Source: Euryarchaeota archaeon UBA433
Lineage (GTDB): Archaea; Thermoplasmatota; Poseidoniia; Poseidoniales; Poseidoniaceae
DNA: 24,727 nt
Assembly (NCBI GenBank): GCA_002495535.1
Contig: DAFX01000087.1
Coordinates: 1 to 24,727 of the forward strand
Direction: 5' to 3'
Shown here: positions 8,527 through 17,500 of the stretch, in pieces
How positions within the stretch are numbered: the stretch's first letter is position 1
Layout of the letters: every line of letters starts with the position of its first letter
Position numbers and translations under genes: made by a program
The notes under the pieces: generated by a model
What the model saw: only the letters and a program-made list of their open reading frames with translations
Told to the model about the DNA's origin: nothing
Databases searched by the model: none

Positions 8527-10527
8527 TCAATTGAACATCGTCAAGATGTCTCTGAACAAGTCTTGAGCGTGACCCTTGCTTCGTTCGACCAGCCGCTTGA
8601 CAATCAATTCTGGCGTAGAGCGTGCCAGATGATTTCGCTTGGGGGTCCGGTCCACCATCAATTCAAGATCGGCATCCAGTCCGGTCGCCTCGATTCCATC
8701 GACTCGTAAATCATCTCGTCCGGTTGCTTCCAATATGGACGGTGCTAAATGGGTCACAAGCATCATTGTGGTGTCGTTTTGGGATTCAGCGGCAAGCAGC
8801 ATTCCTGCGATGATTCGTGCACCAGCACCAGGTTCTGTGATCGCTTCCAACTCATCTGCTAAGATGAGTTTCGGTGTCGGGTCGCTCACGACATTGGCCA
8901 ATTCCACGAGGGTTTGTTCGAGCGCTCCAGCGCTTTGTGTCCCTCCGGCTTTAGCGAGAATGTGCAAGGCTTCAACTTGCCCAACAATGGCACTCTTCGC
9001 TGGAACAGGGAGGCCCATGTGGGCAAGAATCGAAGTGTGGGCAAGCAGTTCTAACAGCGTGGTTTTCCCACCTGAATTCGCTCCAGTAAGGAGCGCCAAT
9101 GACTGTGTATCGCCCTGTTTTGCACAACGACCTAGCCCGTAGGTGACCGGGTCAGGTTCGATGCCTAACAACAAGTGGCGCCCTTCCTCAATCTGTATTC
9201 CGTGTTCGGCCAGTTCGGGCATCGTGCATTGGTGTGCGTCTGCCCATCGAGCAACGGCAACCCACTGATCCAATTCAACAAGGGTTCTGACTGCCTGCTC
9301 GCATTTAGGTTGTAGAGGGCCGAGGTTTTTGGCGAGGGTGAGCATGCGTTCAGTTTCTCCAGATGCCAACTGGACGCCAAGAGCGTTGTCCAATTCATCG
9401 ATGACTTTGCGATCGATTTTTGCTGGCCAGTCTTTGGTGAAGATGGAGTATGGAACTCGGACACCCGTCCCCTCGAGTTCTGCTGCCAGAGTCTGTTTCG
9501 CTGCTTCCATGGCGTCGGTGATGACCTCGCTTGTGGCTTGTTGCAATTTCCTTTGGAAGGCTGCGCCATCAGAAAGTGCTTCCAACAACTCGGTTCCACT
9601 CAGGTTCATTTTGGCGCTGTTCATTGCTTCTGTGACTTCTTCATTGACGCTCGCCTCGAGGCTTTTCCCTAATTTCCACAGACGGTCTTTGACATCGGCA
9701 ATTCGTTCGAGGTCGCCCTGCTGGTCGATGTTGCCCAACCATTCAGGCAGCCGTTCCAATCCATTCACTGCCTGATGGATTTCCAAAAGGAAGTCCTGCT
9801 CATCATGCCCTTGTCGGGCGTCTTCGACAAGCGCCACCAGGGTGGAAAGAGTGCGCTGATTGTTCCGAAACCAATCGATGGTTCGTTCGGGCACCACCAT
9901 TTCAGGAGCAGGGTTTGCCGCTAGAACGACCCAGCCATCTGGTGCATCACTTGGGGCGCCTGCACCGATCCACGTGACGAGTTTGAACACCGTATAATCC
10001 TTCCAAGTTTCCCCTTCACCAGGTTGCAATACCCTGCACCATTTCTTGAGATGGTCCATGGGACGTTTACTGACCACGACTCGCTCATAGCGTTCAGTCG
10101 AGTGCCTCGTTTGACCTAAGCCTTTGAGGATCCTTGCAATTTTTTCCATCCGTTCAGGGCTTTTTTGGCAGAAATCCATAGCCGCCGCCGCCTTATTGCG
10201 CCGCTTGCTCGGGTCTTGTACGGGCATCAACAATTGCATTCTCTGCCGAGTTGCGGCAGCTGATGCATACCCTTGCACGTGGAGGAGGATCTCCTTGTGC
10301 AAGCGCTCTGCTTCTTTAGTAGCGAGAAACGAACCCGAATCTCCAGCGACCAATCTCGCAAGGGAGAGCGCTCGCTTCGGCGAGACGCCATCAATTTCAG
10401 CCACTCGAGCGATATCGCCACAGCGGAGCGACTCAAGCGCTTGATGTTCATCACCAAAATGGTCGGTAATCTTCTTGGCCAATCGTTCCCCAACACCGGG
10501 CAATGCACTCAGAACCATGCGTTCCAT
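8527..10527 (-). CDS. mutS2: Archaeal-type MutS2/MutS5-like DNA-binding ABC ATPase (N-terminal HhH, MutS domain V, no mismatch-recognition domain, no Smr)
   Basis: N-terminal helix-hairpin-helix LSALPGVGERLAKKI. The middle is long and helical. The C-terminal MutS-type ATPase has Walker A LLTGANSGGKTTLLE, Walker B KLILADELEAITEP, and VTHL. I saw no MutS-I mismatch-binding motif and no C-terminal Smr nuclease. The gene symbol follows the archaeal MutS2 naming and does not imply mismatch repair. Confidence 0.8.
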   Translation of the reverse strand: MERMVLSALPGVGERLAKKITDHFGDEHQALESLRCGDIARVAEIDGVSPKRALSLARLVAGDSGSFLATKEAERLHKEILLHVQGYASAAATRQRMQLLMPVQDPSKRRNKAAAAMDFCQKSPERMEKIARILKGLGQTRHSTERYERVVVSKRPMDHLKKWCRVLQPGEGETWKDYTVFKLVTWIGAGAPSDAPDGWVVLAANPAPEMVVPERTIDWFRNNQRTLSTLVALVEDARQGHDEQDFLLEIHQAVNGLERLPEWLGNIDQQGDLERIADVKDRLWKLGKSLEASVNEEVTEAMNSAKMNLSGTELLEALSDGAAFQRKLQQATSEVITDAMEAAKQTLAAELEGTGVRVPYSIFTKDWPAKIDRKVIDELDNALGVQLASGETERMLTLAKNLGPLQPKCEQAVRTLVELDQWVAVARWADAHQCTMPELAEHGIQIEEGRHLLLGIEPDPVTYGLGRCAKQGDTQSLALLTGANSGGKTTLLELLAHTSILAHMGLPVPAKSAIVGQVEALHILAKAGGTQSAGALEQTLVELANVVSDPTPKLILADELEAITEPGAGARIIAGMLLAAESQNDTTMMLVTHLAPSILEATGRDDLRVDGIEATGLDADLELMVDRTPKRNHLARSTPELIVKRLVERSKGHAQDLFRDILTMFN

Positions 10528-10585
10528 CGTTTGTCAAGGGCTTTTGAGGATATTGCTTCTAAGAGGTCTGATTGTTGATTCTGAG

Positions 10586-12325
10586 TCAGTATAGGCCAAG
10601 CGGGTGGAGTTGAAGTGAACGGTCTTCTTCGCCGAGGTAAGGTACCAAGATTCGTTTTTTTAACGCTTCATGATTGTTGTTTGAAAAAGTGACCCAGTGA
10701 CTATCGAATTTGTCCCTTGTGATGATCCACAAGTCATTATTGATAGCATAGTCGATGAAAAATAAGTCTTCATCCACCTGGTTTCGGAAATCATAAAATA
10801 GAAAATTTGCAGAAGTTTCCTTCTTGATTTTGATGATAAACTCCCAAAAAATCTGGCAACTTGAAGGGGTTGTGTGAATAAAACAATCGACGCTCAACTC
10901 ATTGATCCAATCAATGAGTATCTCACATGCTTCCCAGTATTGTTCTGTTTTACTTACAGTGCTTGCTCTGTCCTTTGTCAATCTCATCAAATTTGGAAAA
11001 TCCACTACAAACCCTGAAAGTTGTAATTCCTCTAAATTGCTGTAGCTATCCAGTGAGCTCTCATCCAAAATGGAATGTACGCACCCTAATTCTATCAACC
11101 GATCCTTGGATTCCTTCCTAAAGTCTGGATTTGAGTGAAGATGGTGAAGATGTCCGATTTGAAGTTGATTAGCGAACGATTCAGCATACAGGTTTTCCAG
11201 GACCACATCGAAATCAAATTCCTTGTTCGTGGAACTCATCAGCTCTTTCCACACCGGAATCATTTGGGGAGATGTCACAAGTTTCTCTTGTACCCAGGAG
11301 GGGTTTTCAAAAACAGAACCATGTGTTTTGTAAAGACCCAATGCAAAGGTGGTATAGGTCGAAATTTCATGGTATGTATCGAAAATGGATCGTCCCCTTT
11401 CCAGTAGAATATTCGTCCGATGGGTAGGGTCAGTTGCCCTATCCCTTTCCTGATAATCGAACACCTTTCTCCAAAGTTGGTAGGCAAGCGATGGGAATGG
11501 ACCATTTGGGTCATTGGTCATCAAAGATTCATACTGCTCCAATTCACTCTCCGTGATTTGGGCTGAAGTTTCAAGATCCGTATTTATCAAAATCAACAAC
11601 TGCTGCACGTAAATACTTGTCAGTTTGGGCACTTTCCGATGCTCGTGGTCGTCAATATTTTTCTTTAGAAAATTCTCCAATTCTTGGATGGGATACCCGT
11701 GCATAGAACGCCACAATAATTTGAAGCAACGGGACAAAACTCGAATCGAATCATCATCTATAACCAACCTTTGAAGAAACTCCTGCCATATCTCTGAAAA
11801 TGGCATTATTGTGGTCGGTTCCGATGCCTTAATCGTTTCCAATTTCAGATTGAAATCGTCGGAAATGGCTTTTTCGATCTCGATTTTGAACGCTGGGACT
11901 TCCGGGTATTTCGATCTAAGCTGTGCGATCAAACCTTCATGCTTTTCTAAGTTCGAGAATTTTAGCAGTGGAATCAGGGCATGAAGTTTCCAAATATCCC
12001 TGTGTCCGCTCGGATTTTCAACGTCCTCCAAGAAAGAGGTCGCTTCTTCTAGTAATGCTTCTTGAAAAGTTGGTTCCTCGGAGAAAAAGTAGTCCAAAAT
12101 CCATTTTTTGTAGCCTTCTTTAGTTGTTGATTTATTTTCTTTAAAGTATGAAAGATATGGATCTCTCTCCTCAATACTGTGTTCAGTATAATGGTGAAAT
12201 TTACAGGTCTCCTTGTCGCATGACGCCGCAAATGCGCATGCTTTACCCCCACAAATCTGGCATTCTCTGTCCCAAAAGTCAGCAGGAGTGACCTCAGCTG
12301 AATCTGTATCCTCCTGCGGCACCAT
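10586..12325 (-). CDS. Uncharacterised 579-aa protein: N-terminal CCCH-like Cys/His cluster, long helical region, C-terminal Zc3h12a/NYN (PIN-like) RNase-like domain
   Basis: This is a long uninterrupted ORF. Its codon and amino-acid composition is AT-biased (K/E/I/F/N-rich) and unlike the neighbours. An ATG start sits 27 nt downstream of a TATA-like A/T box. Domain calls are by-eye motif matches only (see findings). Confidence 0.85.
   Translation of the reverse strand: MVPQEDTDSAEVTPADFWDRECQICGGKACAFAASCDKETCKFHHYTEHSIEERDPYLSYFKENKSTTKEGYKKWILDYFFSEEPTFQEALLEEATSFLEDVENPSGHRDIWKLHALIPLLKFSNLEKHEGLIAQLRSKYPEVPAFKIEIEKAISDDFNLKLETIKASEPTTIMPFSEIWQEFLQRLVIDDDSIRVLSRCFKLLWRSMHGYPIQELENFLKKNIDDHEHRKVPKLTSIYVQQLLILINTDLETSAQITESELEQYESLMTNDPNGPFPSLAYQLWRKVFDYQERDRATDPTHRTNILLERGRSIFDTYHEISTYTTFALGLYKTHGSVFENPSWVQEKLVTSPQMIPVWKELMSSTNKEFDFDVVLENLYAESFANQLQIGHLHHLHSNPDFRKESKDRLIELGCVHSILDESSLDSYSNLEELQLSGFVVDFPNLMRLTKDRASTVSKTEQYWEACEILIDWINELSVDCFIHTTPSSCQIFWEFIIKIKKETSANFLFYDFRNQVDEDLFFIDYAINNDLWIITRDKFDSHWVTFSNNNHEALKKRILVPYLGEEDRSLQLHPLGLY
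10646..11020 (-). other. Putative NYN / Zc3h12a-like RNase domain (aa about 436-560 of the 579-aa protein)
   Basis: Four collinear motif matches to the MCPIP1-type NYN domain, as I recall it. They are GFVVDFPNL (cf. VVIDGSNVA), ACEILIDWINELSVDCFIHTTPSS (cf. [26 protein letters not shown]), NQVDEDLFFIDYA (cf. VCYDDRFIVKLA) and DLWIITRDKFD (cf. DGIVVSNDTYRD). The acidic/Asn positions D442, N445, D518/D520, D538 and D541 are retained. Confidence 0.45.
12179..12262 (-). other. Cys/His cluster, CCCH-type zinc-finger-like (aa 22-49)
   Basis: CQICGGKACAFAASCDKETCKFHHYTEH reads as C22-x2-C25, then C30-x5-C36-x4-C41-x3-H45. This fits the broad C-x(4-15)-C-x(4-6)-C-x3-H definition. CDKETCKFHH resembles the C-x-x-G-D-K-C-x-F-x-H core of tandem CCCH fingers. 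Confidence 0.4.
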
Positions 12326-12346
12326 CTGTGAACCTCGTCATACCGA

Positions 12347-12357
12347 ATAAAAAATTA
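12347..12357 (-). promoter_or_regulatory. TATA-like A/T box about 27 nt upstream of the islet gene ATG (leaderless-type promoter), possibly also an oligo-T terminator for the upstream gene
   Basis: The minus strand reads AATTTTTTATT, centred about 27 nt upstream of the ATG at 12325. It lies 14 nt downstream of the stop of the BNR lipoprotein gene. Archaeal TATA boxes sit about 26-27 nt upstream of the transcription start, and archaeal terminators are oligo-T runs. Confidence 0.35.
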
Positions 12358-12370
12358 CTTTCGTCAAATC

Positions 12371-13768
12371 TCAAACTTCTGGCAGTTCCAGTTCCACGGC
12401 AAACAGCGGATCGGGATCGGTCGAGTCGTGGTAGGCGACAACAACACCGCCATCGTTCAGGATGGCCAACGATGCAAAGTCGAAGCGGATGTCATTTCCG
12501 GCACCCGATGTGGAATCGAGATCGCCCTGGCCGATGTAGGTCATCGTGTCCGGAGCCATGCTTTCGCTGTAGCCTCGAACGTGGAAGACGGTATCGACAT
12601 CCGGTCCATCGCTGCTCTGGTAGCGCACGTTGAGAATGAACAAGTCCAATTCTCCATTGGCTTGGAATTCCCATTCTTCGATTTGAGTTGCCATCGCCCC
12701 CATCTCGTAAGTTTGGTTGCTCCATGTCTGCGCACCGTCCGTTGAAAGATAGTGGGTGAATGTTGTACCGCTGTTCACCACGCAATGAAGGGCGCCGGTG
12801 CGATCGATCTGGCAGTACTCAGACGGGAATTGCACATCGAGTTCATTCCATGAAAGGGTTGTATCCATGAACGCAGCGTTTCCATTGTCGAAATAATTAG
12901 GGAACAACAAGCCACCACTTGGTACAGGGAACGCTCTCATTTCTTTGTGAGGCTTGTTCACATCCCAATACGCTGGCAGGTCTGCCTCAGTGAAATCCAG
13001 ATCCAATTCAATCGACGGTTCGCCACCGTCACGCCCAGGGAATTGGAAGGGGTAGTAATTGAGTCCATCAACACTGATTTGACCACCTGCATTTTGCGTT
13101 TGATGCCAGAAATTAGACACCACGACGCTCGCCCATTCTCCGTTTCCGAGTGATGATGTGATCGGTCCAACGACTTCGACTTGCCATGAACGGTCGTAGA
13201 ATGGTTCTGTAATTCGATTGTAGCACCAGGTCCATTCGCCCTCGGACTCGTCGTAGAGGATCGCATAGAATTTATCCAATTTCAAATCCGCACCGAGGTA
13301 GGGGAACCACGACATTGAGATGATGTCACCGTTCGTCGCTTGGACAATGCTTCCTTCACCAAGCCCTTCGTTTCCTTCATTGGTTGGGACGAACGTACGG
13401 CATTGCGTGTCAGGGATGAAGCCGGGAATGTACGTGTCCCAAGTGTGGGCGCGGTCCATTGAGTAGACTGGATATTCGCCGCCAATGTTCAGGATTTGGC
13501 CTTCGATCGAAGTAGCGATGTAATGCTCGCAGCAATTGCCGCCTTTGGTTTTGTCAAACACAGCCCACGAAGTGTTCGTAGTTTGATTGGTTGCCAAATC
13601 GATGGTCATGAACATCCTTACGTCTTCATGTGGTGCTGAATCGATGAGTTCGTAGGTCGCCCAGATTGGCTCCGTCGTTGTGTCTGGTGCAATGGATTCA
13701 CCATCGCCAAAGCAACCTGCTAGGACCATGGAGGTCATCAGCAAGAGGCTCAGAACCACTCGACGCAT
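12371..13768 (-). CDS. Secreted BNR/Asp-box repeat (sialidase-like beta-propeller) lipoprotein
   Basis: The signal peptide plus lipobox-like motif MRRVVLSLLLMTSMVLAGCFG appears when translation starts at the internal ATG 13766-13768. The track start at 13813 adds 15 non-hydrophobic residues. The canonical Asp-box is YLSTDGAQTWSN (SxDxGxTW), with a degenerate copy SMDRAHTWDT. The composition is beta-rich. Confidence 0.6.
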   Translation of the reverse strand: MRRVVLSLLLMTSMVLAGCFGDGESIAPDTTTEPIWATYELIDSAPHEDVRMFMTIDLATNQTTNTSWAVFDKTKGGNCCEHYIATSIEGQILNIGGEYPVYSMDRAHTWDTYIPGFIPDTQCRTFVPTNEGNEGLGEGSIVQATNGDIISMSWFPYLGADLKLDKFYAILYDESEGEWTWCYNRITEPFYDRSWQVEVVGPITSSLGNGEWASVVVSNFWHQTQNAGGQISVDGLNYYPFQFPGRDGGEPSIELDLDFTEADLPAYWDVNKPHKEMRAFPVPSGGLLFPNYFDNGNAAFMDTTLSWNELDVQFPSEYCQIDRTGALHCVVNSGTTFTHYLSTDGAQTWSNQTYEMGAMATQIEEWEFQANGELDLFILNVRYQSSDGPDVDTVFHVRGYSESMAPDTMTYIGQGDLDSTSGAGNDIRFDFASLAILNDGGVVVAYHDSTDPDPLFAVELELPEV

Positions 13769-13816
13769 GGTGGGTGGTCTGTGCGGTGGAATTTGAAGGC
13801 GTCGCTCGTGCAACCT

Positions 13817-14584
13817 TCACAAGAAACCTGAATTTTCGATTTGTTTCCTTAACGATTCGAGGCCTTTCAGGGTGTGACTTCCGAACCAAGTCAACGCCTC
13901 GCCATCAATGCATACCGACCACGGGGCTTGACCCCCAAGTTCCGCAACTTGTTTTGCGATTGCCTCACCCTCTTCGATGGCAAAATCATGAGGCTCACTG
14001 GACAACAACAATCCTTCGATTTGCTTCTCCATCAGCGCTTCAGGTGTGACCACAGGGTAGCCGTTCCCGCCCTCAACAAGCGACGGGACTGTGAGTCCAA
14101 GAGACGTCAGAACGCCTCCTGCGTATTTCTCTGGGCCCACACTCATCAGTGGTTCGTGCCAAATCATTGGTGCGACCCTTCGAGAGGGAAGTGGTTGCCT
14201 TTGAAGGTCATTCATGGTCGCCTCGAGCGATGCAGCCATTGCCTCAGCGCGTGCTGATTTCCCCACCTTTTCACCCAATGTACGGAGCATCTCTGGAACC
14301 TCGCTTGGATGTTCCACTGAGGACACGAACACTTCGATGCCTTTCGATTTGAGCTCTTCATAGAATTCCTTAGGATTCTCTTCGCGGTCCATCACGACAA
14401 GTTCGGGTTTTGCGTTCAAAATTTTGTTCAAATTCGGGGTCTTTGTTCCGCCAACCACCGGCACATTTTGGACGGAATCAGCGGGGTGAATACACCAGGG
14501 TGTTCTTCCAACAATTTGTTCAGAAGTGCAACCCAAATCAAACAACGTCAGGGTGAGGCTCGGCACTAAGGATACAATCCTCAT
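13817..14584 (-). CDS. Periplasmic-binding-protein type 2 (BtuF/TroA-like, helical-backbone metal receptor) protein without signal peptide
   Basis: MRIVSLVPSLTLTLFDLGC...IVGRT...PNLNKILNAKPELVV matches the N-terminal lobe pattern of BtuF/FhuD-type binding proteins. I chose the start at ATG 14582-14584, 13 nt after the ileS stop. The track start at 14650 would overlap ileS by 53 nt. Confidence 0.65.
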   Translation of the reverse strand: MRIVSLVPSLTLTLFDLGCTSEQIVGRTPWCIHPADSVQNVPVVGGTKTPNLNKILNAKPELVVMDREENPKEFYEELKSKGIEVFVSSVEHPSEVPEMLRTLGEKVGKSARAEAMAASLEATMNDLQRQPLPSRRVAPMIWHEPLMSVGPEKYAGGVLTSLGLTVPSLVEGGNGYPVVTPEALMEKQIEGLLLSSEPHDFAIEEGEAIAKQVAELGGQAPWSVCIDGEALTWFGSHTLKGLESLRKQIENSGFL

Positions 14585-14597
14585 GGTGAGCCCTTCC

Positions 14598-17500
14598 TCA
14601 AGAAACGGCGAACCACACCGTCGTTCCATCCACTTCGAATTGATCTGCATCCTCGTGGGGTGCTTCGGAGGTGGGGTGGAACACTGCTGCTGAACACCGT
14701 GTTTCTGTCACAATCCATTGTTGGTCTTCGTCGAACAATTCTGGTGCGTCTTGCATCCAAATCTCCAAATCAATCGTTGCTTCAATTTCCATGTTCAGGG
14801 TCTTCCGCTTTGCTTGAATGCGTCGAGTAATATCACGCGCCAATCCTTTGGAAAGCAGTGCGGGCGCATCGTTCATGTCGAGAACGAGGCTGATGTGAGT
14901 CGCTTCATCACCCTGTCCGATTTGGACGGTTGATGCGGCAAACCCTTCTCGTTCAGCGCGCTTTAATTCGACATCTGTCATTTCGATTGCAACGCCCATG
15001 ATCTCACACTGGCCAGCCTCGATCGAGGCGAGAAGGGCTTCTGGATCTGAGCTGTTTTTGATTTCATTTGCAACAGCATTGACTTCGGCTCGAGCCTTTG
15101 GGGCTAAGGCTCTGAAGTTCGGTGCGAGTTCGATCTTTTGGAAGCGATCTAAATCTTGTTCCACCTCGATGGCTTCAACGTTCAGTTCTTCGGCCAAAAT
15201 ATCGTGGAACTCAGCAAGGTCAGGTCCCGAGACAATCCACCCTTGGGCGCACGGCAAGCGTTGGCGACGACCTGCGTCCACTCGAATTCTTCGTCCGACT
15301 TCTGCAAGTTCTCGCACCAACGCCATCGAGCCCTCTAAATCGAGGTCTTGAGGGGGCAGTTGTGCTGTGGCCGCTGCTGCATCCTTGTCCCAAGAATCTG
15401 CGGTTGCTCCTTCCAGCCCGCCCGGGGTCCCGAGTGGCCATGCGGCTTGGTGCACGGTGTTTCCAGTGAGGTTTCTGTGGATGACATCGACCATGAACGG
15501 GCTCACGGGTGCCATCAACTTGCAGACCGTGGTCAAGACCTCATGCAAGGTGTGCTGGCAAGCCAGCTTATCGGTGGATTCTGCATCGTCCCAAAGTCGA
15601 CGGCGACTTCGTCGAACGTACCAATTTGAGAGGTCATTGACGACGAAATTTTCGAGGTCACGGCATGCCTTGTGGAAGTTCCAAGCCACAAAGTCTGCGT
15701 GGTAGGCTTTGGCGGTGGAGGCTAACCTCGAAAGGATCCAGCGGTCTAGAGTAGGGCGCTGTTCAACATCAACCTGGTTTGCTTCGGGGTCGAAACCGTC
15801 CAATGCAGCATAATCTGCGTGGAATTTGTAGATGTTCCACAACGTCAAGAACATCTTGGCGTATGTTTCTCGCACCCCGTTTGAGTCGAATTTCAGAGGG
15901 TTCCAAGGGGCACCGGCTGTGACCATGTACCAGCGAGTAGCATCTGCTCCTTCTCTGTTGAAGTGGTCCCAAGGATCGACAATATTACCTTTTGATTTGG
16001 ACATTTTCTTTCCTTCTGCATCGAGGATTAAACCAAGGCTCAGGCAGCGTTTGTAGGCCGGTTTGTCAAACACAGCGGTCGAGACTGCGAGAAGGGTGTA
16101 AAACCAACCTCGTGTTTGATCGACACCTTCGCAGATGTAGTCGACAGGGGACGAGGCTTCGAAGGTCTCTCCACCATCAAACGGGTGATGCCATTGAGCG
16201 AACGGGGCGCAACCAGAATCAAACCAGCAATCCATGACAAAGGGTTCTCTGTGCATGGGCGTTCCGTCTTCTCCAAGGAGTGTGTAAGCGTCGACAACCG
16301 GGCGATGCAAATCTACGTCATCAGGGCAGGGTGGGTTCTCGATCCCAGCCGCTGTTGCCTTTTTCACCTCGGCTTGGAGTTCCTCAATGGAGCCGACGCA
16401 CTTCATCTCTCCTTTTTCGCTGCGCCAGACCGGTAGGGGTGTACCCCAGTAGCGTTCTCTGGAGATCGCCCAATCTTTCACATTGCGCAGCCATTCGCCG
16501 AACCGACCTTCACCGACCCAATCAGGTGCCCACTCGACACCATCATTGAATTCGAGCAGGCGTTCTTTCACCGCAGTCATGCGAACGAACCAGGAATCCA
16601 TGGCGTAGTACAACAGGGGATGATCGGTTCGCCAGCAGTGAGGGTAATCGTGCAGGTAGGCCTTTTCACGGTAGAGGAGGCCACTTGAAGGGCCCTTTCC
16701 ATTGCTGCCTCCTTCCGCACTGAGCAGTTCAATCACGGTTTGATCGCAATCCTTGACATACCGCCCATCGAGTTCAGGATGAGTGCCTTCAATGAACGCC
16801 CCATCCATGCCTACCGTGTGGTGTGCAGGAAGGCCCGCGGCCATGCCGAGGTTGTAATCGTCTTCACCGTACATCACTGCGGTGTGAACGACACCAGTTC
16901 CATCGGTAGTGGTGACCCAATCCGCCTCCAAGACCGTCCAAGCGGTCTGCGACCCGTTGCGGGGGACTGCATCGGGGAACAATGGCTCATAGGCCTTCCC
17001 AACCAGATCCTTACCGAGAACTTCTTCAATGATTTCGACGTTGTGGCGGAGCACTTCCTTCATCAAATCCTTTGCAAGAATGACAATTTCACCAACTTCT
17101 GCTCCACCTGCTCCACTCCAGTTTTCGGCTTTCTCCGTGACTCGGGCACGCACATAGGTGACTTCGGGTCCAACGGCTAAGCCCACATTGCCGGGCAGCG
17201 TCCACGGGGTTGTGGTCCAAGCGAGAATGCTTGCATCCTCGTCGACCAGTTTGAATTTCACATAGACGGATGGCTCTTCCACTTCTTTGTAGCCTAAGGC
17301 GACTTCGTGGCTTGAATAGGAGGTTCCAGTTTGAGGGCAGTATGGGAGAACTTTGTGCCCGCGGTACAGCAAACCTTTGTCGAACATTTGCTTCAAGGCC
17401 CACCAGCAAGATTCGACGTAATTGTTGTCGAGTGTCACGTATGGGTTGTCCAAATCGACCCAGTATGCCATGCGTTCTGTCATTTCTCGCCATGAAGATT

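Noticed and set aside
8527-10527. Canonical mismatch-repair MutS (MutS1)
   Set aside because: It has no N-terminal mismatch-binding domain motif, no mutL nearby, and an HhH N-terminus instead. The architecture matches the archaeal MutS2/MutS5-like group.
10528-12370. The islet as a discrete mobile element (IS, integrative element or prophage remnant)
   Set aside because: I could find no terminal inverted or direct repeats at the boundaries, no integrase, transposase or tRNA target, and only one gene. Only compositional evidence for foreign origin remains.
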